From: Octopus sinensis
Lineage: Eukaryota
NCBI RefSeq assembly: GCF_006345805.1
Contig: NC_043007.1
Coordinates: 372,001-436,000, forward strand
Reading direction: 5' to 3'
DNA length: 64,000 nucleotides
Both the position numbers and the translations under genes were made by a program. Positions 1 through 9,424 of this stretch are shown piece after piece (the stretch's first letter is position 1; every line of letters starts with the position of its first letter). The notes beneath the pieces are model-generated. The model worked only from the letters and a program-made list of their open reading frames with translations, was not told where the DNA came from and ran no database searches.

Positions 1-111
1 TGTGTGTGTGATATCAGAACAATTATTTGATTTTAGTCACCAGCAGGCATGGCTGTCCGAGGGGTCAAATACTATATATAATTAAAACAACGATGTGTTT
101 TTTCACGCACT

Positions 112-142
<31 letters not shown>

Positions 143-164
143 TCACCCACTGTCAGATTACAAT

Positions 165-415
165 CGTGTGGTTGTGAGTTCGATTCATGGACCGGGTTGT
201 ATTCTGTGTTCTTGGGCAAGACACTTTATTTCACGTTGCTCCACTTCACACAGCTGTAGAGTGAGTCGTGACGTCACTGGTGCCAAGATGTATCGGCATT
301 TGGATTTCCCTTGGACAATATCGGTGGCGTGGAGAGGAGAGAATGATACGAATCGGCGACTGCTGGTTTTCCTAAACAATCTTACCCAGACTTGTGCCTA
401 GAATGGAAATTTCCT
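165..415 (+). mobile_element. tRNA-derived SINE with CORE-like centre (family S4), diverged
   Basis: B-box-like GTGAGTTCGATTC followed by CTTGGGCAAGACACTTTATTTCACGTTGCTCC. A related minus-strand copy lies at ~13170-13310. Boundaries approximate. Confidence 0.6.
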
Positions 416-684
416 AGTTGCACTCACGGTCGTTCGTGATTGAAGGAGAACTTTGCCCTTTAGCCAAAAGGAGTGTATATACGTGAGTACGTGGAACAAA
501 ATGCTTAGCAGCATTTATCCCGTGTTTAGTTTCTGGGTTCAAATTTCGCCGGGGTTCATTTTACTTTACATCTTTCCGGGGTCAACTGAGCACTGAATTC
601 GATGTAATCGACTATACCACTCCCCTGAAATTGCTGGCCTCGTGCCAAAATTTGAAATCCATATTATAGTATTTAACATATGTA

Positions 685-1463
685 CAGGGTGCCGCAAAAT
701 GATCTGTCATATTTGGAAGTTTAATAAAAGTAAAATAGAGTAAAGAACGAAAAATATTCTTTTTTGTTTTCGATACGTTCATATAATGCCATTTTGTTTC
801 AATTCGTGCCATTTGTGACATTTTGTTTCGATTCGCTTTCAGTTGCCAACATAACTGGACGGGCGAGCATCGCACTTTCATTGTAGAAACCTTTATCAAT
901 AACAACGAATCTATAATTACAACACTAAGAGAGTTCCGTGTTCACTTCAGGCCTGGCAGACATGGTCATGTGCCTACTCGAAATTCTACAGCAGTACAAT
1001 TCGGCATTTGGGGTGGTACTTCTTGAAAGAAGACAATATTATGACTGCGAACTCTGATCGATATTCTGTGACACTGGATACTTCTCTGAAACCCAAATGG
1101 AACGGATTTGACGATAGGGGCAACGTTTGGCTTCAACAAGATGGCAGGGTGTGGTGGTGATCCCTGCTGTACTCTTTCACCATAACTTTCTCTCACTCTT
1201 ACTTCCTATTTCTGTTGTACCTGTATTTCAAAGGGCCGGCCTTGTCACTCTCTGTGTCACGCTGAATCTCCCCGAGAACTACGTTAAGGGTACACGTGTC
1301 TGTGGGGTGCTCAGCCACTTACACGTTAATTTCACGAGCAGGCTGTTCCGTTGATTCGGATCAACCGGAATCCACGTCGTCGTAACCGACGGAGTGCTTC
1401 CACAAAAGGGCGCATTTATATTTTTAAACCTAGAAATATGTGAGATCATTTTGTCGCACCGTG
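685..1463 (+). mobile_element. Internally deleted Tc1/mariner DNA transposon (maT/DD37D-like)
   Basis: 30-bp TIRs (685-714 CAGGGTGCCGCAAAATGATCTGTCATATTT vs 1434-1463, 25/30 match) flanked by TA at 683-684 and 1464-1465. Transposase remnants: N-terminal WTGEHRTFIVETFINNNESIITTLREFRVHF and catalytic-region TANSDRYSVTLDTSLKPKW...VWLQQDG. Confidence 0.8.
1146..1400 (+). mobile_element. 5'-truncated SINE (family S1) nested in the mariner remnant
   Basis: Near-identical to 3120-3266 over ~140 bp, then continues into a tail ending CGTCGTCGTAACCGACGGAGTGC. Interrupts the transposase right after WLQQDG. Confidence 0.8.
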
Positions 1464-2014
1464 TATATATCATGAAAGAATATACATTATTGAGCAAATC
1501 CACAATATAAAATATGGAGTAAATAAAGATGGTTATATATAATATTTTATGCCATCAAAATTAATAGTTACTTTTATGCTTCGCCAAGTTTCGCATAGTA
1601 GATTGTGGGGTGAAATTCATAAGTAACTATTTGTTTCTATATCAAACACTATATAGAGAAAATATTATCACGTAATCCCAAGTTCGAACTTATGATATCT
1701 AAAGATACACAATATTTTTCATCTAATTATCTAAGCGTGATAGCATTGATAAGCGTGCATAATCGATTTTATTATTCCTCGATGTTACGTATATCAGATA
1801 TCAGTGACCATGTTAATTTGAGTTCGATGATTCATTAATTCTAGAATAGAATAGAATAGAAGGAACCGATACGAATGAAAGTATGGAGAGCAACTCGCAT
1901 ATTGTGTGTCATAAATATGAGAAATGAAATTCTAGGAGCCACAAAATAACAGGAAATATTTTACTAGCATGCAATGAGCAGAACAATCATGGAGAAAAAA
2001 CAAACGAGTATTTC

Positions 2015-2490
2015 TGTCTGTCTGTCTCTCTCCTATCTCTCTCTCCTCTCTTTCTCTCTCTCCTCTAATTCTTTCTCTCTCCTCTATTTCTCTCTCTACT
2101 CTCTTTCTCTTTCTCCCCTCTATTTCTCTCTCTCTCTTCTCTTTCTCTCTCTCCTATCTCTCTCCTATCCCTCTCTCCTCTCTCTCCTCTCTCCTCTCTC
2201 TCTCTCTCCTATTTCTTTCTCTCTCCTATCTCTCTCTCCTCTCTTTCTCTCTCTCCTCTCTTTCTCTCTCTCCTCTAATTCTTTCTCTCTCCTCTATTTC
2301 TCTCTCTACTCTCTTTCTCTTTCTCCCCTCTATTTCTCTCTCTCTCTTCTCTTTCTCTCTCTCCTATCTCTCTCCTATCCCTCTCTCCTCTCTCTCATCT
2401 CTCCTCTCTCTCTCTCTCCTATTTCTTTCTCTCTCCTATCTCTCTCTCCTCTCTCTGTCTCTCCATTCTCTCTTTCTCGCCTATCTCTTA
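2015..2490. repeat. CT-rich polypyrimidine tract containing a 210-bp tandem duplication
   Basis: The rare word CTCTAATTC recurs with its AAT at 2067 and 2277, and the surrounding irregular CT pattern repeats with the same 210-bp period. Confidence 0.85.
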
Positions 2491-2618
2491 CTATAAATAT
2501 GCATGAACACAGGCGCGCACAAATGCAAATATAAGTGCGTGTCTGAGTGTGCATGCATATACGGTTACGTTTATACATACACACACATGCACACACACAC
2601 ACACCACACACACACGCA

Positions 2619-2666
<48 letters not shown>

Positions 2667-2987
2667 TACAGGACTAGATTTGACGATTTTCGTTTGATAG
2701 GGGCAAAAGTTGTCTTCAGCAAGAGTTTGACGTACTGGTGAACAGTCGCTGGCGTAGGAGACCATAAAAACTATCGTTGAAGTTGGGAAAAAGTTAGTTG
2801 ATATGGAGGCCGGAAGCCATCTTAATACTGGAATAAAGCTACATATATTCTGATGATTCGTATCGGGTAACAAACTGCCGTCATCATGACTGATGCTCAA
2901 TACTCTACGCAGACTGTTAAGGCTGTAAAACGTGACATGGCCATAATGAATGCCAAGTCTCCCCCAAAACTGTGTTAGTCTTTATGT

Positions 2988-3265
2988 GTGGAGGCGCAAT
3001 GGCCTAGTGGTTAGGGCAGCGGACTCGCGTTCATAGGATCGCGGTTTCGATTCCCAGACCGGGCGTTGTGAGTGTTTATTGAGCGAAAACACCTAAAGCT
3101 CCACGAGGCTCCGGGAGGGGATGGTGGTGATCCCTGCTGTACTCTTTCACCACAACTTTCTCTCACTCTTACTTCCTGTTTCTGTTGTACCTGTATTTCA
3201 AAGGGCCGGCCTTGTCACTCTCTGTGTCACGCTGAATATCCCCAGAACTACTTTAAGGGTACACG

Positions 3266-3266
<1 letters not shown>
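2988..3266 (+). mobile_element. tRNA-derived SINE family S1
   Basis: Head GTGGAGGCGCAATGGCCTAGTGGTTAGGGCAGCGGACTCGCG with A-box and B-box (GGTTTCGATTCC), followed by the shared body. Confidence 0.85.
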
Positions 3267-3338
<72 letters not shown>

Positions 3339-3341
<3 letters not shown>

Positions 3342-3640
3342 GAGGCGCAATGGCCCAGTGTTGGGGCAACAGACTCGCGGTCGGAGGATCGCGGTTTCGA
3401 TTCCAGACCGGGTGTTGTGTATGATTATTGAGCGAAGACACCTAAAAGCTCCACGATGCTCCGGCAGGGGGTGGTGATCCCTGCTATACTCTTTCACCAC
3501 TCTTTCTCCCACTTTCTTCTGTTGGCCTGCTCGCTTAGCCAGCGGGGTGGCGTCGTTCGAAGGCCAAAACAATGCGAACGCATTGTGACCAGCGATGTGT
3601 AGCAACTTCTGATGGTCCGGTCGGTCACATGATCACGTGA
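3339..3640 (+). mobile_element. SINE family S1, alternative 3' tail
   Basis: Same head and body as 2988-3266 up to ACTCTTTCACCAC, then an unrelated tail ending GGTCGGTCACATGATCACGTGA. Confidence 0.8.
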
Positions 3641-3940
3641 TATAATATAATATATATATATGCCACTCTTATATAACAATATATAACAATAGGACAAAAT
3701 TTATCATGTTAACTCTCAACCGAAGTAAGGCCCTATAACCTCGATGAGACGAGGAAGAACACTGTTAGTTTCCAATTTTTTATTTGTATTCTTCTTGCAT
3801 AGTTTAAAGCAGGAAACTCAGAATGGACGTTTGATATTTTATTATATTATATTATTCAAAGATTGTAAATAAAACGTGAAAATCAGACCAAGTTGGGATT
3901 TCTTTCAGAAATATATTCTTCTATACACAATCATACACAT

Positions 3941-3983
<43 letters not shown>

Positions 3984-3984
3984 A

Positions 3985-4377
3985 CTAGCAGTATCGCCCG
4001 GCGTTGCTCGGTTTTGTAAGGGAAATAACTATATAAGCATTTTTAGAGATGTAAAGTATAATAACCATCTCAATATGGCTAACCACAAGGGGGGGGGGGG
4101 TGTATGACTGTAGCTTTTTACGTTCTGAGATTTAATAATAAATTTTTAGAGAGTTACTTCCCTTATATATGCCAAAAATGCATTAAAAATGGGAAAAATT
4201 GATGGTAATTTTTTAAATCGTAGACTCATCGTAGACGCGCGCTAATACCCAGAAGGGCTCGATATGAATCACGACTATAAGATACACGGTTTGGTTAAAC
4301 TGCCCCCGCAAAATGTGGGAGTAGTTAGGAATCTAAATCGTAGGAGACAGACACACAACCTCACTTTTATTATAAAG

Positions 4378-4378
<1 letters not shown>
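3985..4378 (-). mobile_element. Non-autonomous Helitron
   Basis: Minus strand starts TC (4378-4377) after an A and ends CTAG (3988-3985) before a T. GC-rich subterminal hairpin CCGAGC-AAC-GC-CGG at 4011-3998. No TSD. These are the canonical Helitron termini. Confidence 0.8.
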
Positions 4379-4414
<36 letters not shown>

Positions 4415-5326
4415 CGTGTGTGTTGGGGGTGGGTGTTTGTGCGTGTGTGTATGTGTATGTATATATTTGTGTGCGCTTGTGTATATGTTGTGTAAGCAGC
4501 AGTCACATGACTTATACTTACACATAAAGAAGAGAACGCATTTACGACCAAACAAATTTGCATAATTTCAACAAGTCGACTCGGAAGAAATATCTCAGAT
4601 TGGCCAGTAGCATGTATTAGAACAACGTAGGCAAACACTGTTATATCAAATATCAAGGAACATCTAGTCTCTAGATTTATTCAAATTATCTCAACACCTA
4701 CAAGATAATTACCACATACCAATTAAAACCAAGTCTATATGAGGAAGGTAGATAAGCACAAGAATCATGGATTCTCCGAAATTGGCTGGGGAAAAGGAAA
4801 AAGGACACTTTTATTGTCTGAAGATAAGTGGACGGTTGTAGAAACGTGTTTCTATCAAAGCAGAACCACAACTGTCCAGAATTATCTCCAATAGCCAGAA
4901 GATTTATGGTTATACAAAAAAGATTGTTAGATCCATAGAAGAAAATAGAGTGATGGTTATATCGATAGATTTATAAACAGAAATATGCATACGTAAATGG
5001 AAATATATATAGTTTTAGATCAGTTGATAGCAGTAAGCCTTGATACAAAGAACTGGATGTTATGTGTTACTGACTGTCGTTCTAAATATATGTATACATG
5101 AAGATATATATATATATATATATATATACGCACGCAAATGCATAAATATGACGAGAGATCTAGAGATATGATTAAGACCAATATATATACTATATTATAG
5201 ATTTGATCCAGTTCACTGGCGTTCTATCTGAAACTTTGTTACATTGTTCGACTGATTCCTTCGGTAATTATACACACACACCACATATATATGTATATAT
5301 ATGTATGTGTATAATATATATATATA

Positions 5327-5365
<39 letters not shown>

Positions 5366-6218
5366 TAATATTATATATATATATCTATATATTATATATT
5401 ATATATATATTATATATGCAATATAATCACACATATACACACACATATGTATATAATATACATACATATATAATATATATATATATATATATACATACAT
5501 ACATACATACATACATACATACATACTATATATACCTTCTACGCGCTGCAATTGTTTATATATATATATATATATTATATATGTGTACGTACAGATACAT
5601 ATGCATGTGTATGTAGATATATATGTGCAAATATATACGCAAAGATGTGTATGTCTCTACGCATGAGCGCGTGTGTGTTTGAGCGTGTGTAAATTTATAT
5701 TCGAATACGCTTCTGTGTATGATTTGTGTATTCGAATATTCTAGTCACATTACGTTTCTTTTGCGTTTAACTAATTTTGAAAAATCGATGGTTTTTCTGC
5801 AGCACACATATCAGTCAAATTCCTCCCGCCCCTCTTCCACCCTCCACACACAACCAAACATTCTTATTGTTTTCTAGAGAATTCGATGAGACGAGGAAGA
5901 ACACTGTTGAAATATTTTCCCCCAACTCATATCTTTCATTGATTTAGTTTTCCATAATTGATGAGCAAAGTAATATATATCAGTTGTTAACATTAGCGTT
6001 AGACCCTGGTCTCTACAAATAGGAATTTTGTCACCTTACAGCCCCGTTCTTCCGACACCTTTAATGGAATGGTACATTTATAAACAGTTTTATGACTTGT
6101 TAACGACTCATGATTAGTTTCTTGTAAAAATAAATAAATAAAGTGTGACAGACTGAAGTAATGAAATTAGATCGGATGTGCGGTAGCCATCGGCTTCTTT
6201 CTCCTTCTGTGCTCTCAG

Positions 6219-6292
6219 ACTAATCAGCTATCGTTGCCGACAACAATGCCACGCACTTATTGATGTAGATCTTGTTAGTATTAACCAATCCT
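6219..6292 (+). other. Putative 74-nt internal exon of an unidentified gene
   Basis: Strong acceptor CTTCTTTCTCCTTCTGTGCTCTCAG and donor T|GTAAGT. One frame is open (LISYRCRQQCHALIDVDLVSINQS). No recognisable homology. Confidence 0.25.
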
Positions 6293-6992
6293 GTAAGTTG
6301 TTACTTGTTACTGCAAGCTTATATTACAGAAAATTACTAAGAATATCAATGAAAATAGAACATGTATTTACGTTGCTGACACTAGCTTGGAATACAAGAT
6401 TTCAGTCGCTATATTAAAACCGTTGGCTTATATATAAACGCATCCATGCATACGCACGCACAAGGCAATAAGACACTCACACACACACATACACAAACAC
6501 ACACAAACACACACAAACTCACCACACACACACACTCATAAATGTATAGATACGTAGACACATATATGCATACATACATACATACATATGTAGGTACGTA
6601 CAAATATATAAACAATGTCGAACACAAAGACAAGGTATGTGCTTTCGTTACACACACACACATATATATATAAATATAATATAATATAAATATAATATAA
6701 TATAAATAATATATAAATATATGCATATATATACATACATTTGTGTACATACCTACACATATACGTATATATACATGCATATATGGGCACAGGACATCAA
6801 AAAGTGTTATACATATATATATATATATAGTGACGTATTTTTGCCATTTCAATATGGCTAACCCCTAAGGGTGGATGCTACTGTAGTTTTTAACCCCAGG
6901 AGGACACACTCCTCCAGCTGGCCATAGACACACTTCTGTGTCCTGTTCAGTATTTGTAAAGGGAAGTCATCTTCCCGTCTTCACTTATGATA

Positions 6993-7037
6993 CACACGGA
7001 CTCGAGTTTCGAGGTATTGACCTCTCGTCAGCGTGTG
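6993..7037 (-). ncRNA. Type I hammerhead ribozyme, retrozyme unit L1 (intact)
   Basis: Minus strand reads CACACG-CUGACGA-GAGGU-CAAU-ACCUC-GAAA-CUCGAG-UC-CGUGUG. 6-bp stem I, 5-bp stem II, palindromic stem III, GUC triplet. Predicted cut between 6999 and 6998. Confidence 0.9.
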
Positions 7038-7336
7038 TGACATCATAGTTGTCGCCGAGAATTAGATTTCCTTCACAAATACTTATACTTTTTCCAGCGC
7101 CCACTGTCGCTGATATGAAAGTGAAATCAAACAATGATAAATATAAGTGAGTTTATACGTAGCGGTAACACATCGTGACGTATTTTTGCCATTTCAATAT
7201 GGCTAACCCCTAAGGGTGGATGCTACTGTAGTTTTTAACCCCAGGAGGACACACTCCTCCAGCTGGCATAGACACACTTTCTGTGTCCTGTCAGTATTTG
7301 TAAGGAAAGTCATCCTTCCCGTCTTCAACTATGATA

Positions 7337-7375
7337 CACACGGACTCGAGTTTCGAGGTATTAACCCTCGTCAGC
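7337..7375 (-). ncRNA. Hammerhead ribozyme, retrozyme unit L2 (degenerate, at array edge)
   Basis: CUGACGA, GAAA, ACUCGAGU and GUC are intact. Stem II lacks one base (GGGU-UAAU-ACCUC), and the 5' arm of stem I is truncated at the array boundary. Confidence 0.7.
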
Positions 7376-8400
7376 ATACACATGACCAACACACTTGCAT
7401 ATATATACTTATATATATATATATATATATATATCACACACACACTCGTGTGTGTGTACACCCACACTCGTGTGTGTGTACACCCCCGCGCTTGAGGAAA
7501 TCCTGAACAGTTTACCTTCCGACTATCAAATTCTATTCTACTACTCAAAGAATATAACAATCCCGGAGGATATAGTAGAAGACATCGGGGCAACGGTGCG
7601 CCGCACAGTCGGACCGAACCCGGAACTTTGTCGACGCGATACAAACTTTTAAATACAAGCTACATTTGCGCCTGAAGAACATTCTTCGAAATATAACAGA
7701 ATTAAATGCTTAACCTCGTATTATTATGAACCAAATAGAAAGAAAGAGAGAAGAGTGTGTGTATTTGTGTGTGTGTGTGAAAAAATATAACTGCATGAAT
7801 GTAATTTGTATATTTTTTATAATTGAAATACCGCACAAATTTATTATACTGTTTTAAAAAAAAAAACTGTATATTGATGTATATAATGGTATATATTACA
7901 TACATTGGTAAATAAACACGCAGATATATATGTCTCATATAGGTTTGTCTTTGCACACACACGCTCTTGGAGAAACATATACCGCAAGCACTGTTTATAG
8001 ACAAACAACCTCTCATTCTTTCCTGCTATATATATACATATATATATATATATAGATATATATAAAATATATATATATATACACACATACACAGTGTGTG
8101 TATGTATATATATGCATGTATACATGCATCGCTGTTTATATTTTCTTCCACTTTTTATGTCATTCATATATATTATATATATATATGTATGTATGTATGT
8201 ATATATATAGCTGATTTCGTTTTCCATTTGTTAGGGTTTAGCCTATTGAAATGGCAAAAATACGTCACGATGTGTTACCGCTACTTGTATAAACTCACTT
8301 TGATATTTATCATTGTTTGATTTCACTTTTTCATATCAGCGACAGTGGGCGCTGGAAAAAGTATAAGTATTTGTGAAGGAAATCTATTCTCGGCGACAAC

Positions 8401-8461
8401 TATGATTGTCACACGCTGACGAGAGGTCAATACCTCGAAACTCGAGTCCGTGTGTATCATA
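8401..8461 (+). ncRNA. Type I hammerhead ribozyme, retrozyme unit R1 (intact, extended stem I)
   Basis: CACACG 8410-15, CUGACGA 8416-22, GAGGU/CAAU/ACCUC 8423-36, GAAA 8437-40, CUCGAG 8441-46, UC 8447-48, CGUGUG 8449-54. Distal helix UAUGAU 8401-06 pairs with AUCAUA 8456-61. Predicted cut after 8448. Confidence 0.92.
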
Positions 8462-8760
8462 ACTTGAAGACGGGAAGGATGACTTCCCTTTACAAATACT
8501 GACAGGACACAGAAAGTGTCTATATGGCCAGCTGGAGGAGTGTTCCTCCTGGGGTTAAAAACTACAGTAGCATCCACCCTTAGGGATTAGCCATATTGAA
8601 ATGGCAAAAATACGTCACGATGTGTTACCGCTACTGTATATAACTCACTTTGATATTTATCATTGTTTGATTTCACTTTTTCATATCAGCGACAGTGGGC
8701 GCTGGAAAAAGTATAAGTATTTGTGAAGGAAATCTAATTCTCGGCGACAACTATGATTGT

Positions 8761-8805
8761 CACACGCTGACGAGAGGTCATACCTCGAAACTCGAGTCCG
8801 TGGTG
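8761..8805 (+). ncRNA. Type I hammerhead ribozyme, retrozyme unit R2
   Basis: Core intact. Loop II is CAU (1-nt shorter) and stem I has one extra G. Predicted cut after 8798. Confidence 0.85.
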
Positions 8806-9108
8806 TATAATAACTTGAAGACGGGAAGGATGACTTTCCTTTACAAATACTGACAGGACACAGAATGTGTGTCTATGGCCAGCTGGGGAGTGTGTCCTCC
8901 TGAGGTTAAAACTACAGTAGCATCCACCCTTAGGGGTAGCCATATTGAAATGGCAAAAATACGTCACGATGTGTACCGCTACTGTATATAACTCACTTGA
9001 TATTTATCATTGTTTGATTTCACTTTTTCAATATCAGCGACAGTGGGCGCTGGAAAAAGTATAAGTATTTGTGAAGGAAATCTAATTCTCGGCGACAACT
9101 ATGATTGT

Positions 9109-9153
9109 CACACGCTGACGACGAGGTCAATACTCGAAACTCGAGTCCGTGTG
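9109..9153 (+). ncRNA. Type I hammerhead ribozyme, retrozyme unit R3
   Basis: CUGACGA 9115-21, GAAA 9136-39, ACUCGAGU and GUC are intact. Stem II has an extra C and a missing C. Predicted cut after 9147. Confidence 0.8.
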
Positions 9154-9366
9154 TATCATAACTTGAAGACGGGAAGGATGACTTCCCTTTACAAATACTG
9201 ACAGGACACAGAAGTGTGTCTATGGCCAGCTGGAGGAGTGTGTCCTCCTGGGGTTAAAAACTACAGTAGCATCCACCCTTAGGGTTAGCCATATTGAAAT
9301 GGCAAAAATGCGTCACGATGTGTTACCACCGCTACTGTATATAACTCACTTTGATATTTATCATTG

Positions 9367-9424
<58 letters not shown>

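Larger units (their letters stand above)
6830..7375 (-). repeat. Tandem array (~1.6 units, ~345-bp period) of a hammerhead-containing repeat (retrozyme-like), left array
   Basis: GTGACGTATTTTTGCC recurs at 6830 and 7175. It is the reverse complement of the units at 8231-9368. Each unit carries a hammerhead on the minus strand. Confidence 0.9.
8231..9368 (+). repeat. Tandem array (~3.3 units, 349-350-bp period) of the hammerhead-containing repeat, right array
   Basis: T(A/G)CGTCAC anchor at 8261, 8611, 8960 and 9309. Units are nearly identical apart from small indels. The array ends in a (TA)n tract. Confidence 0.92.

Noticed and set aside
2988-3060. tRNA gene calls for SINE heads (also S2 and S3 heads)
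   Set aside because: A and B boxes are present, but there is no complete cloverleaf and each continues into a multicopy SINE body.
4815-4856. CUGAAGA...GAAACGUGUU hammerhead-like string
   Set aside because: Stem II is poor and stem I cannot form.
7490-7650. Apparently novel GC-rich ORF segment in the spacer between arrays
   Set aside because: It aligns loosely to the S3 SINE (ATAGTAGAAGAC, GAACCCGGAAC), so it is a degraded or poorly polished SINE copy.
7668-7700. CUGAAGA-ACAUUCUUC-GAAA
   Set aside because: No stem II between the core halves (the core itself pairs with UCUUC) and no stem III/NUH.
6830-9368. CRISPR-like or simple satellite reading of the 350-bp array
   Set aside because: Units are wholly repeated with no unique spacers, there are no cas genes, and the context is eukaryotic. 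The hammerhead in each unit explains it better.
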